Shown here: piece by piece, positions 1 to 10,361 of the stretch | Numbering within the stretch: position 1 is the first letter of the stretch | Layout: the number at the start of each line of letters is the position of its first letter | Assembly (NCBI RefSeq): GCF_030915385.1 | Contig: NZ_CP133268.1 | Span: 2,097,430-2,161,429, forward strand | Reading direction: 5' to 3' | Source of the DNA: Neobacillus sp. PS3-12 | GTDB taxonomy: Bacteria > Bacillota > Bacilli > Bacillales > Cytobacillaceae | DNA: 64,000 nucleotides | Program-made: the position numbers and the translations under genes | The notes under the pieces: generated by a model | Told to the model about the DNA's origin: nothing | Seen by the model: the letters and a program-made list of their open reading frames with translations, nothing else | The model's database searches: none

Positions 1-284
1 TTTAGCAGCCGTTATCCTAACGGGCTGGAGCCGAATTCTTGAAAAAAAGGATCAAAAAGAAGTTGGAATGATAGATCAAAAAATGTCCTTAAATTAATTT
101 GATTAAAGAATTTGACCTGAATATCAAATCAACTAGAAACTATACTCTTGGAAGTACAAATAACAAAACAAACAGACGCTTTCCTTCAATTAGGTAGTGT
201 CTGTTTGTTTTTAAAACAGCCCGAATCAATCAAGATAAAAATAAAAAAGCCTGTAGATGGTCCACAGACTTTTCAATATTCATA

Positions 285-677
285 TTAATTTTGCTCCAAC
301 ATTTTCTTTCTATTCACTGATTCAACATAAAACTCCCCGTCTTCTGCAGCTTTCAGAAATACGTCGATGGGTAAAAGTCCATCCTCAGGTATCGGCTTAG
401 GTCGGATACTTAAATATCCATCCTCTGATTCTAACAAAGCCTCCGTACCAATGAGAGAATTCACAACTGAAAGTCCCCATAACAGGGAAGGATCCTGAAT
501 ATCATGTGTTTTTACCTTCTGTTTGATGTTGTACACATCCTCATAACCCATAAAAGATAATACAATCACAGATTGTACCTGATGATTAGTAGATAGCAAA
601 AAAACTCTTCGATATCCATGAGGTATATGACAAACAGGCAGCCATCTTACAACAAGCGTTTCTTTAAACACGTGCAA
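285..677 (-). CDS. hypothetical protein, co-operonic with the DUF2249 gene; N-terminal part weakly DUF2249-like
   Basis: 130-aa ORF overlapping the upstream DUF2249 ORF by 14 nt; only a weak 'LVVRWLP' motif match. Confidence 0.35.
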   Translation of the reverse strand: MHVFKETLVVRWLPVCHIPHGYRRVFLLSTNHQVQSVIVLSFMGYEDVYNIKQKVKTHDIQDPSLLWGLSVVNSLIGTEALLESEDGYLSIRPKPIPEDGLLPIDVFLKAAEDGEFYVESVNRKKMLEQN

Positions 678-897
678 TTTTTACACGGAATGTTTCCGGT
701 CCTTGTTCAAGATAATCCCATGTGAATTGATTAGGATGTTCAATTTGAAATTGGAAAAATAACGGTTTGGGATCATGATCATTGATTAATAGCATCGCTT
801 CTCCTGGATTTAACGCATCAAAGGTTTCAAAAATAACCTTATGTTTAATTTGTGGTGGGTACTCTGTTGCATTTACTGTGGATTTAAAATTTTCCAT
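664..897 (-). CDS. DUF2249 domain protein
   Basis: 77 aa with 'HKVIFETFDALNPGEAMLLINDHDPKPL...FTWDYLEQGPETFRVKI', which fits the DUF2249 pattern. Confidence 0.6.
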   Translation of the reverse strand: MENFKSTVNATEYPPQIKHKVIFETFDALNPGEAMLLINDHDPKPLFFQFQIEHPNQFTWDYLEQGPETFRVKIARV

Positions 898-966
898 TAC
901 ATTTCCTCCTAAAATTATAATTTATACTCTATTTTCCATTCGCCTTTCGGAAATATTGCCAAACAC

Positions 967-1281
967 TTATTTTGCACAGTGTTCATGATACAGTGTCGAG
1001 ATGATGCCGAAGAAGGCATAATAAAATTCTTCAGGTGCAATTAATCGGAAATGACCCACCTCATCACAAGAAAAGTTAAGAGCCTTTTCTAGTAAGTGAT
1101 ACGTTGAGTATGCATAGAAACAAAAGTATTTATATTCAAATTTTGGCATTTTGTCATAGATGACGGCAATTTCCTCTTTATATTGTTCAATATTATTTAC
1201 AGCTTCCTTAACGATTTTTTCAATATCCTCAAGGTTTGCTTCAAGTAACAATTCATTTTTTTCTATGCGCGTATTTGCCAT
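967..1281 (-). CDS. hypothetical small His/Glu-rich protein
   Basis: 104-aa ORF; HxxxE and HEH motifs; probably first gene of an operon with the DUF2249 genes. Confidence 0.35.
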   Translation of the reverse strand: MANTRIEKNELLLEANLEDIEKIVKEAVNNIEQYKEEIAVIYDKMPKFEYKYFCFYAYSTYHLLEKALNFSCDEVGHFRLIAPEEFYYAFFGIISTLYHEHCAK

Positions 1282-1368
1282 TTATATCACCTCCATCGTT
1301 CTTATTATTATGCTTTGGCCGTATCTAACTTATAGCCGAGTATCAATGGTTGGGAGCAAACAATGTTT

Positions 1369-1384
1369 TGTGAACGTTTGCACC
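1369..1384. promoter_or_regulatory. Crp/Fnr-type box candidate TGTGAACGTTTGCACC (TGTGA-N6-GCACC) in the divergent intergenic region
   Basis: imperfect palindrome between the divergently transcribed DUF2249 operon and the Crp-family regulator gene. Confidence 0.3.
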
Positions 1385-1547
1385 ATATTAACTATCTTTA
1401 ACTTGTTTCTTCTTTTTTATTGTAAAGAAAATTTTTTAGAAAATTAGTGGTCTATATCACACTTTATAGATGATTTTATGCATATAATTAATTTTAACAA
1501 ATTCTACTGTTTCAATTATGAATACAGTAAATAGAGGTGATCTTGAA

Positions 1548-2237
1548 ATGAGAAATGAGGATATTCTCAAATTGTCGGAAGTCCCCTTATTTAAAGAGTT
1601 GTCCGAAGAGGAGATGGCGCTATTCACCAAGATTGCTCAGGTACGTTTTTATAAACATAAAATGTATGTTTTTATGCAGGACGACCCTCTCGACAGAGTT
1701 TTTCTTATCCATTCAGGAAAGATAAAAATATTTAAGACCGATTATTCTGGAAGAGAGCAGATTATTTCTGTTTTCGAACAGGGTGATTTATTTCCGCTGG
1801 CAGGTTTTTTTAGGAAGGGAACGTTCCCGGCCAGCGCAGAAGTAATGGAAGATGCCAAGCTTATTGTCATCCCGCTTGATCAATTCGAGCAAGTACTACT
1901 TTCCAACCCAGAAATTTGTATTAAATTATTTAAAGTATTAGGTGAAACAATTATTGATCTGCAAAGTAGATTAGAGTCCCAGATGCTTCATAATACTTAT
2001 GAACAAATCATCACGCTATTGGTGAGGCTGTGTAAATCAAATGGGGTAGAAGTGAACGGAAAGTATAAACTTACAACACATTTTACAAATCGCGAGTTGG
2101 CCAGCATGATTGGGACAACACGGGAAACAATCAGCCGTACAATCACCCAATTAAAAAAGAAAAATTACATAATCCAAGATGAGGACGGCTTTTATCTAAT
2201 TGAACGTGAAGCACTTCAGCAAGAACTGATTTATTAG
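1548..2237 (+). CDS. Crp/Fnr family transcriptional regulator (cNMP-binding domain plus C-terminal HTH, no Cys cluster)
   Basis: domain pattern; AGAGGTGAT RBS 6 nt upstream of ATG 1548; C-terminal 'RETISRTITQLKK' HTH. Confidence 0.85.
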   Translation: MRNEDILKLSEVPLFKELSEEEMALFTKIAQVRFYKHKMYVFMQDDPLDRVFLIHSGKIKIFKTDYSGREQIISVFEQGDLFPLAGFFRKGTFPASAEVMEDAKLIVIPLDQFEQVLLSNPEICIKLFKVLGETIIDLQSRLESQMLHNTYEQIITLLVRLCKSNGVEVNGKYKLTTHFTNRELASMIGTTRETISRTITQLKKKNYIIQDEDGFYLIEREALQQELIY

Positions 2238-2416
2238 GGATAGATGCTTCAAATACAATTGTTTTCGATTTCCTCGAATCAGCTTTTCAATTAATTGATT
2301 TACTAATAGTAAGCCGTTATTTAACCAAAAATCTCTCCCCTAGTACCTGACAATACTATCATTCCGAATGTGATAAAATTGTAATAAGGATAGTTTCAGC
2401 GAAGGCGGAGGTCATT

Positions 2417-3117
2417 TTGAATATTGTCGGAATTATTGGAGGAATCGGGCCTGAATCAACGGTCGATTACTACCAAACCATCATTACCAAGTTTCAAGAA
2501 AGGCTCGGCAGTAAAGAGATCCTGCCAGAGCTTGTGATTAACAGTATCAATATGTACAAAATTTTTGAGTTGATTAGTAATGGAAAAATTACGGAGTTGG
2601 TTGAGTACATAGCAGAATCAGTTCAGAAATTAGCAAGGGCCGGGCGGATTTTGCGGCGATTTCCGGAAATACTCCACATCTTGTTTTTGAACAGGTTCAA
2701 GCAAGGGTGGACATCCCGATTATCAGCATTGTTGAGGCCACATTTGTACAAACCAAGGAGTTGGGCATAGAGCGAATCGGCCTCATCGGAACCAAGTTTA
2801 CGATGGAGCACGATTTTTTCAAAAAACCCTTTGTTTCGGATCATAAAGAAATATTCGTGCCTACCCCAAACGAACAAGACTATATCCATCGAAAAATTGT
2901 GGAGGAATTGGAAAAAGGGATTGTTAAGGAAGAAACAAAAGCTAGATTTTTAGAGATCATTCAGCAGATGGTTCACCGTGATCAGCTTGAAGGAATGATC
3001 CTCGGATGTACAGAACTGCCAATGATTATCAAGAAGAACGATTTAGAGCTTCCGATATTAAACACGACAGAAATTCATGTGAATAAGATTGTTGATACGA
3101 TTTTTTTGAATCAATAA
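2417..3117 (+). pseudogene. aspartate/glutamate racemase family protein (RacX/YgeA-like), frameshifted at G-run 2642-2644 (likely 1-nt deletion, possibly an assembly error)
   Basis: two overlapping ORFs (2417-2770 and 2707-3117); after a +1 shift the translation reads LARAGADFAAISGNTPHLVFEQVQARVDIPIISIVEATF, typical of Asp racemases. Confidence 0.8.
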
Positions 3118-3174
3118 CAAGGATTGACGACTAGAAATTCGATTCTGGCCGTCAATCCTTTTTTTGGCTACGAA

Positions 3175-4174
3175 TTACTTTTCAATAACAATTGCCTGAC
3201 TTCCCATTTGTACCCAAGCTTTTTCAAAACTGCTGCGGTTCACCCTTTGATTTTTTTGACCATAAGGATTATTGATATAGATGTAGTTTGCGTCATAGCC
3301 TGTAATGACTACGCTATGCTCACTAAAGGTAATGCGGATGGTTCCTTGAGGAGTTTTCCACGTTTTAAAATCAGATACAGGGGCAAACGAACTGGTGGTG
3401 ATAACCCATACCGGCTCTCCTTGATCCACTCTCGCCAGTAAATCAGTAAACGGATGGTTTGTAAGATTAACCACTTCATCCCCACCATACTTTCTGGCCA
3501 AATTGTAGATCGGGCCATTGTATACCGCATATCCTGGCCCGACTTCCATATTTCCTACAAATCCTACATTTGGATTTCCTTTTAGTCCGTTTTGATAGGT
3601 CAATGGGACCCTTGCAATATTATTGGCTAAATCAGTTTTCGTGACATGATATCCGCTGTAATTAAGAATCATGGCTAGACTTGTGACCTCACAGCCATTG
3701 TAGAGATTTGGGGCACTCATTTGCGTAATAAGTGGTACATCTAGGATTTTGCTAGCTTGTAGTTTTGCAGCTGCTTGGGCAGCCTGTTGTTTTGCTGCGG
3801 CCTCTTTTGCTGCTTGTTCTTTGGCAGCGGCCTCTTTTGCTGCCTGCTCCTTTGCCGCTTGTTCTTTCGCTGCTGCTTTTTTGGCTGCTTGTTCCTTTGC
3901 GGCTTGTTCTTTCGCTGCCCTTTTCTTTTGCAGTCTGCTCCTTTGATGTCACTTCTTTTACCCCAGCAACTTTTACTCGTTGTTTTTCTGTTAAAGTCGT
4001 TTGCAGTTTTTTAACAAATGAAGGTTTAATAGCTAATGGAGAATTGATGTAAATCAAAACGATATCTCCTGCGATAAAAAGTAATACTATCATCACTAAA
4101 ATGAAAATTTTCTTTAGGAAAGTCTTCAAAAAAACACATCCAATTATCATGTTATCTATCTTTCTATCAATCAC
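3175..4174 (-). pseudogene. YvpB-like C39-type peptidase-domain protein with N-terminal TM helix and (AAKEQ)n repeat linker; 1-nt indel in the repeat (about 3918-3920)
   Basis: C-terminal ORF has 'ILDVPLITQMSAPNLYNGCEVTSLAMILN'; the alternative frame through 3749-3960 gives KEKAAKEQAAKEQAAKK...AAKLQASKILDVPLITQ, continuous with the peptidase domain. Confidence 0.7.
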
Positions 4175-4403
4175 CCTATCTGAAATAGCTTAATTTTTAC
4201 TTAACAAAACCACAGATTAAGCGCCTGCAGATTGATCAATGAGTTTCTCTGAAATATCCGTAAACTCCCCCCATTTTTCCGTAACTTTTAGCCATATATC
4301 CGTATCCTTCGGTCCATGCACCCAGAATCTTTGGAATGACCTGCAATTTAAAGTAAATGTTGGGGAATTAATAAATGATGTAAAACATTATTGGAGGATG
4401 CTA

Positions 4404-5270
4404 ATGTATATTTACGAAAAAAATAGTGATGTCTTTGAAACTCATCGATTGTCCAATTCAAAAAATGATACGTTCATTGAGGTTGTCCCCGAGCGCGGCG
4501 GAATCATTGCCAGTTTTGTTGTAAAGGGCAAGTCTGTTTTTTACCTGGATCGGGCTACCTTGATCGATCCTAATAAAAATATCAGAGGCGGCAATCCGAT
4601 TCTTTTTCCAATATGCAGCTATTTGAAAAATGACACGTATTCTCTTAATGGTCATCCATACACAATGAAGCAGCATGGTTTTGCCAGGAATTGCGCTTGG
4701 AACATTGCTGACGTGTCAACAGAAGAAGATTCAGCATCAATAAAAATAGAACTCCAGGACAATGAAAAAACCTATTCTCAGTATCCTTTTAAATTTAAAC
4801 TAATTTATGAATACAAACTCAGCGGGTCGACCCTTTCGGTGAATGCGACATACATCAATCAAGACGAACAGCCAATGCCTTTCTATGCCGGATACCATCC
4901 TTACTTTCAGGTCGAGGATAAGAATCAGCTTGAGATTGAGATCCCTTCTAAAACTCACACGGAATCAATCAACAACAGCTTGGTTAATAATCGATTTAAT
5001 TTTGAGCAGGAGGAAATCAATGTGTTTTTTCAGGACTTGACCGCACAAAGCTTACATATCACAGATCCTGTACAGAAGCGGAAGATTTATGTTCGCTTTG
5101 ATCCCATCTACAAACATATCGTTGTCTGGGCATTGAAGGGAAAGAATTTCATCTGTGTTGAGCCTTGGATGGCTAGTACGGATGCATTAAATACAAAGGA
5201 AGACCTCGTTTATATTCAACCTGGTCAAGAAATGAAGAGCCAAGTGGCTTATGAAGTTGAAGGTTTATAA
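4404..5270 (+). CDS. aldose 1-epimerase (galactose mutarotase-like) family protein
   Basis: family-typical sequence; GGAGG RBS 7 nt before ATG 4404. Confidence 0.8.
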   Translation: MYIYEKNSDVFETHRLSNSKNDTFIEVVPERGGIIASFVVKGKSVFYLDRATLIDPNKNIRGGNPILFPICSYLKNDTYSLNGHPYTMKQHGFARNCAWNIADVSTEEDSASIKIELQDNEKTYSQYPFKFKLIYEYKLSGSTLSVNATYINQDEQPMPFYAGYHPYFQVEDKNQLEIEIPSKTHTESINNSLVNNRFNFEQEEINVFFQDLTAQSLHITDPVQKRKIYVRFDPIYKHIVVWALKGKNFICVEPWMASTDALNTKEDLVYIQPGQEMKSQVAYEVEGL

Positions 5271-5280
5271 AAGAAGGCGC

Positions 5281-5745
5281 CTATTCAAGCATATTATCGA
5301 CTGCCTTTTTCATCGCATAGATCACTGTTTTCTTATAATGTGCTGCGATTAGCAGCACTCTTATTTGATCTGCGCGCGATAAATTTTGAAAACGTGGTTC
5401 TTGTTTGAGAAAGGCACGAAAGATGGACCAGCTCGCTGGCATTAAAGGAAAATCATCCAGAGGTTGTTTTTTTCGTAAACGGTGAAACCACGGCATTATA
5501 CCGGTGGAGCTAGTTTTATCTACAATACAGGGAGCATAAATACTTTTCGTGTGTTTTTTCAGGGAATCGAATCGCTCTTGCCCGCTAACAATGGTGTAGG
5601 TGCCATTCTTCCGATTTTTTTTCACAACCAAAACAAACATGCAATCCCACATTAATCTTTCAAGTTTTTTCATGTGCTCGGTGATTTTCTGCGATAAACC
5701 AGGCTTGATTTTGCTTAGTGGAATATACTGGATTGTAAATTTCAT
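5281..5745 (-). CDS. ParB/sulfiredoxin-like N-terminal domain protein
   Basis: N-terminus 'MKFTIQYIPLSKIKPG' resembles the ParB N-terminal motif. Confidence 0.45.
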   Translation of the reverse strand: MKFTIQYIPLSKIKPGLSQKITEHMKKLERLMWDCMFVLVVKKNRKNGTYTIVSGQERFDSLKKHTKSIYAPCIVDKTSSTGIMPWFHRLRKKQPLDDFPLMPASWSIFRAFLKQEPRFQNLSRADQIRVLLIAAHYKKTVIYAMKKAVDNMLE

Positions 5746-5983
5746 TATACTCAGCCCCCCTGTTCAGGTGCGTTGTACCCTTTATAGAATATTTTTATGA
5801 ATAACAGGCATGTCACATACACAGAAAAGAATTCAATCAAACGTTTGATTAAAAAAACAAAACTGGTGGACGGGCAAGCTCCGTCTCCCAATTTTACCTC
5901 TGCCATACGATTTTGGGAAAAGTACACGATGAGGTGCGTAGTGTATAATAGGATGACAATAAGAAATAATTGGAAGTGACACT

Positions 5984-6571
5984 ATGCGCAGGTTTTTTTA
6001 CCATAAAAAGCTCCTATTGATTTTGGGTATTTTGTCTGGAACCGTCCTTGTCTATTTTGGAGTGTTACAATGGAAAATTGCTCAATACAGTCATTTGAAA
6101 GCTCCGAATCATGCGGATTACTTAATTATTCTTGGAGCCAATGTAAAAGGAACGATTCCTTCATCCACACTGCAAAGCCGCATCGATACAGCTGCCATTT
6201 ATTTGCAGAAAAATCCAAAGACAATGGTCATTGCTTCAGGAGGAAAAGGTTCTGGCGAGGATATTTCAGAAGCTGAAGCGATTAAACGGGAACTGCTCAA
6301 AAAAGGGATCAATCAATCTCAAATTCTTTTGGAGAGTCAGTCTACGAATACCTATGAGAATATCAAGTTTTCAAAAAAATTACTTCCTAGGAATGCAAAG
6401 ACTGGGGTAGTTGTCACAAACCGCTTTCACCTTTACCGTGCCTTAATGATCGCAAGGGATCAACATTTGAATATACATGGGCTTGCAGCAAGCACTCCGC
6501 TTCTCACCATTCCAAGATCTTATCTTCGAGAATATTTGGCGATTACAAAGTATTATTTGTTCAAAATATAA
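5984..6571 (+). CDS. DUF218 (YdcF/SanA-like) membrane-anchored protein
   Basis: N-terminal TM helix plus 'YLIILGANV...RIDTAAIY...VIASGG...SEAEAI...SQSTNTYEN' motifs. Confidence 0.75.
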   Translation: MRRFFYHKKLLLILGILSGTVLVYFGVLQWKIAQYSHLKAPNHADYLIILGANVKGTIPSSTLQSRIDTAAIYLQKNPKTMVIASGGKGSGEDISEAEAIKRELLKKGINQSQILLESQSTNTYENIKFSKKLLPRNAKTGVVVTNRFHLYRALMIARDQHLNIHGLAASTPLLTIPRSYLREYLAITKYYLFKI

Positions 6572-6585
6572 ATGGAAACTTAATC

Positions 6586-6735
6586 GTGCCCGTGCCCGAC
6601 TGTTTTCCTTGAGCACGGGCACGATTAACTCCTTTTCGTTCCCTTGCTCGCCCATTTTCCTTGAGCATCGGCACGATTAACTCCTTTTCGTGCCCTTGCT
6701 CGCCCATTTTCCTTAAACACGGGCACGATTAGCAG
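6586..6735. repeat. tandem intergenic repeat, about 62-bp unit, about 2.5 copies (family R3; related fragments near 14583 and 47032)
   Basis: direct repetition 'ccttgagcacgggcacgattaactccttttcgtgcccttgctcgcccattttc'. Confidence 0.7.
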
Positions 6736-6817
6736 ACAGTGCCGGGGCATCTCCAAATTTGTATTAGGATAAATTTACTTTTATTATTTTAGTTAAGAAG
6801 ATCAAAGGGGTGTTTTC

Positions 6818-8020
6818 ATGGCACGTGTTTTATTTATTAATGGAGGATCAGAAGGACATATCAATCCAACGATCGGTGTTGTGCAAGAGCTTATTTCACG
6901 TGGCGAAGAGGTAGTGTACTTTGCGGTCGAAGATTTTCGGGAACGTATTGAGAAGACGGGAGCGACGGTCCGAACATTCGACGGTCAAAAATTTATAAAA
7001 GCCTTTATTGCGGGTGGAAGAAACTATTTAACCGAAAGAATCAATGGTCTATTACATACGGCAGATACCGTCATACCAAGTGTTCTTGAGCAAATCGAAG
7101 AGGAACACTTTGATTACATTATCCATGATTCCATGTTTGGCTGCGGCTTTTTGCTCGCACAAATCCTTAAACTTCCCGCCATTAGTTCTTGTACCTCTTT
7201 TGCGCAGAAAAAAGAAGACTTCGATCAAATGTTAGAATATCTTTCAAAAAAAATTCCTGCAGAAACAGCTGCTGTCATACACGATGAATATCAGCGCCTG
7301 ACAGGAGCAGTAATGGAAAAATACGGTGTAGACATTCGCTCACCTTACGAAGTTTTTTGCAATCCAGCACCACTTACGATTGTTTATACAACCAGGGCGT
7401 TCCAGCCATCGGGTGAGGAATTTGACCAATCATACAAATTTGTTGGTCCATCTATCTCTTCCCCAGCAACGAAAGATAACATCGACCTTGCTGCGATCAA
7501 GGGAAAAAGCCCGATTTACATATCACTGGGTACCGTCTTTAACCAAGCAATTGATTTCTATCAACTTTGTTTTAAGGCATTTGGGAATACGGAACATACC
7601 GTGATCATGTCGATTGGGGAAAAAGTACAACTAGCTGATTTGGGAGAAATTCCGCAAAACTTCATTGTAAAAAATTATGTTCCGCAAACTGAGGTGCTGA
7701 AACACACTAAATTATTTATCACCCATGGAGGAATGAACAGTACCAATGAAGCTCTCTATTACGGGGTTCCGCTTATTGTCATTCCGCAAGGTGCGGACCA
7801 GCCGATCATTGGTGGACAAGTTGCCAAAATCGGAGCTGGTATTACCTTACAAATGCAAAGCTTGACGGCCAATCAACTACGTGAAGCCGCAGACCACGTG
7901 TTAAACGAGCCCTCTTTCCATCAAGCAATTGCAACGATTCGGGAAGTGTTTCAAAAATCAGGCGGATCTCGCCAAGCTGCTGCTGAGATTTTTGAATTTA
8001 AAAATCAATATGATATCTAA
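6818..8020 (+). CDS. family-1 UDP-glycosyltransferase, macrolide glycosyltransferase (MGT/YjiC/YdhE-like)
   Basis: 400 aa; GT1 C-terminal 'HGGMNSTNEALYYGVPLIVIPQGADQP' signature. Confidence 0.85.
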   Translation: MARVLFINGGSEGHINPTIGVVQELISRGEEVVYFAVEDFRERIEKTGATVRTFDGQKFIKAFIAGGRNYLTERINGLLHTADTVIPSVLEQIEEEHFDYIIHDSMFGCGFLLAQILKLPAISSCTSFAQKKEDFDQMLEYLSKKIPAETAAVIHDEYQRLTGAVMEKYGVDIRSPYEVFCNPAPLTIVYTTRAFQPSGEEFDQSYKFVGPSISSPATKDNIDLAAIKGKSPIYISLGTVFNQAIDFYQLCFKAFGNTEHTVIMSIGEKVQLADLGEIPQNFIVKNYVPQTEVLKHTKLFITHGGMNSTNEALYYGVPLIVIPQGADQPIIGGQVAKIGAGITLQMQSLTANQLREAADHVLNEPSFHQAIATIREVFQKSGGSRQAAAEIFEFKNQYDI

Positions 8021-8075
8021 GCAGCTATATCATGCATCAGGAGGTGAACCTAACCGGTCCGCCTCCTGTTAATGT

Positions 8076-8767
8076 CTAAAAAATACAATTCTGGACCCCG
8101 CATTTATCACAATTCAGCAAATTCCTGAAGTAGGTCATATCTTTAATAAGCAATGTATTGCGATGAAATTCGATAATATCTTTTTTCCGCAAGTCATTCA
8201 GAACCCTTGTCACCGTTTCTCTGGAACTTCCAATATAGGTAGCAATTTGATAATGTGTCACTTGATCGTTAATGAGAATTCCCCCAGGCACTTGAATTCC
8301 CTGTGAATTGGCGATACGAATGAGAAAAGAAGCGACAGCACCCTCTGTCCCGAACATCATAAAATCCTTAATTTTTGAACTGCTAGTTTCCAGCTTTTCC
8401 GCTACCCATTTTAGAAAAACTGATGAAATCCTGCCATTTTCCGTTAATAATTTATCGAGTAATAGCGGGTCAATTGCATAGATTTCGCAATCTGTTTCTG
8501 CGCTTGATGAACAAGAGTAAGTCTTACCACTAAAGGGGCCGATTTCTCCAAATCCATCATTCTTATCTCTTACAAAAATGGTAATCTCTTTTCCATCCTG
8601 CAAGATTTTATGAACGCGTACAATTCCTTCCTTAATCAAAAAGAAATGTGTCGGGGATCCCCCTCGATAAAAATATAGGAACCTTTTGGTTTAAATAAAA
8701 CTTTTGCATGCTGAAGCAATAAATTCTGCTCTTCTTTGCTTAATCTCTCTAATAATCGCAGCCCCAA
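8076..8767 (-). pseudogene. fnr: Fnr-like Crp/Fnr family regulator with C-terminal Cys cluster (CDKCGVQNC); frameshift at G/C homopolymers 8653-8663 (likely 1-nt deletion)
   Basis: downstream frame starts FFLIKEGIVRV...; upstream frame reads (TTG)GLRLLERLSKEEQNLLLQHAKVLFKPKGSYIFIEGDP; GGGGG RBS before the TTG at 8767. Confidence 0.7.
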
Positions 8768-8919
8768 CTTTTAACCCCCATAATAAAATTTTTTCTCTCT
8801 AATTTAATTTTAATCTAGCATGATCCGATTTGTTCTCAGACTTTTCTACAAAATTAGTAACTTAATCATTGTGACAAAAATAGTAAAAAGCGGTTCCAAC
8901 GATGGAACCGCCCTTTGGG

Positions 8920-10359
8920 TTATTTTTTTACAGGCGCTGCAGCAGCAACGGGTGCTTGTGGAGGGAAATAGCTATTTACAGCATGGTCTTTTTTCTTCTC
9001 ATTCACTTTCTCGCTCTCAACGGCTTGTTTCACTTTTTCAATTTGATTGTTTAACTCTTCGATATTGACACCTTTCTTGACCAGTTCTTCGGTTGCAAGC
9101 TCAATTGCTTTGTTCGAGTTCTCTGTTGAAATTCGTAACGAATCCATCGAACCTTGCGGGTTGTGGAAGCCTGCTGAGCTTTCCGCTGCAACAATATCCC
9201 AGAACCACTGACCTTTTCGTACGAATTCTTGCGCTTCCTTAATTTTTGTCTGGTCGGCACCTGAGGTAATCATCTTGTTTACATAATAATGCGACTTCAC
9301 TGAGATGTCTTGAGCATCATGCAAGGCAAGCATATGTGTATCTTGAATGTCCGTTACCGTATTTTTTAACTCATCCAAGTCCCTGTCGGCATGACATTGT
9401 CCGCACGATGTTTGCATTGTCTTAAGTGGAGAAGTCCACCAGTGTGAAGAAATTTTTCTTTTTCCATCAACGCGTTCATATGGCATATGGCAGTCGGCAC
9501 ATGATACGCCAGCTTTCGCATGAGGGCCAGAACTAAACGTTTCAAAGTCTGGATGCTGCGCTTTTAAGATCGGTGTCCCTGAAATATTGCTAATATAGTC
9601 TTTTTCGAACCCCTGATTTTTCGCAATCGTATCATAGTATTGATACATGTCTTCAGGCTTAAATCCTTTGCTCCATGGGAAGGTGACTTCGCTTGAGCCG
9701 GAAGCAAAATAATATTCCACATGGCACTGGCCGCAGACATAACTGCGCATTTGGTTTTTCGTTGGATTGGAAACATCTACACCTTTTGCCTGCAGTGCTT
9801 TGAAAAAGCTAGGGCGGGTTACGCGTAAATCCATGGTTTGCGGGTCATGGCAGTCGGAACAGCCGATGGAATTGTGCCCCATCGCCTCGCCTTTTTTCCA
9901 AACTTCATCGAAGCTGGTATTCCAATATTTGTCGCCCAACTGCTTAATCAATTGCGGAGCAGCCGTTGATTTACATGTATAGCAGGAACCAACCGATTTA
10001 TCGGTGATCCGTTTTGTGCTGCGAACATCTTCAAGTGCATAGATATGGCCGCGGTCTTCATTATACATAGTCGCAAATGAGTAACCATTGAAAAGGATCG
10101 GCAGCAGCGGTTCTTTATCCGGATCGAATTTGCTTCGGTTGATCGAGCCACCATATTTGGTGTCTTCCATTTTTTTATTTTTCAAATAGCTGTTGTATTG
10201 GAGCGGAAATAATTTTCCGAACGCAACGTTGCTGATTTCATTTTTCGATAGTCCGGTTGTGCTTTTGCTTTCTGCTGTCGTCGTTTGATTGCTGCAGCCG
10301 CTGATCAGCAAAAAGGCTGCTAACAGCAGAAGGTATATTCCGTAGCGGAACCTAGCCAT
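8920..10359 (-). CDS. nrfA: cytochrome c nitrite reductase NrfA (pentahaem, ammonia-forming), lipoprotein signal
   Basis: CYTCK (CxxCK) active-site haem motif plus four CxxCH (CSDCH, CGQCH, CADCH, CGQCH); 'LLISGCS' lipobox. Confidence 0.9.
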   Translation of the reverse strand: MARFRYGIYLLLLAAFLLISGCSNQTTTAESKSTTGLSKNEISNVAFGKLFPLQYNSYLKNKKMEDTKYGGSINRSKFDPDKEPLLPILFNGYSFATMYNEDRGHIYALEDVRSTKRITDKSVGSCYTCKSTAAPQLIKQLGDKYWNTSFDEVWKKGEAMGHNSIGCSDCHDPQTMDLRVTRPSFFKALQAKGVDVSNPTKNQMRSYVCGQCHVEYYFASGSSEVTFPWSKGFKPEDMYQYYDTIAKNQGFEKDYISNISGTPILKAQHPDFETFSSGPHAKAGVSCADCHMPYERVDGKRKISSHWWTSPLKTMQTSCGQCHADRDLDELKNTVTDIQDTHMLALHDAQDISVKSHYYVNKMITSGADQTKIKEAQEFVRKGQWFWDIVAAESSAGFHNPQGSMDSLRISTENSNKAIELATEELVKKGVNIEELNNQIEKVKQAVESEKVNEKKKDHAVNSYFPPQAPVAAAAPVKK

Positions 10360-10361
10360 GA

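Noticed and set aside
3749-4052. + strand Cys/Phe/Leu-rich ORFs
   Set aside because: They are the antisense of the AAKEQ-repeat region of the YvpB-like gene. Low-complexity artefacts.
5797-5979. 60-aa + strand ORF upstream of the DUF218 gene
   Set aside because: No RBS and no similarity. More likely the promoter/leader region of the DUF218 gene.
9051-10154. Small ORFs on both strands inside nrfA
   Set aside because: They are embedded in the nrfA coding sequence. Basic, low-complexity translations.
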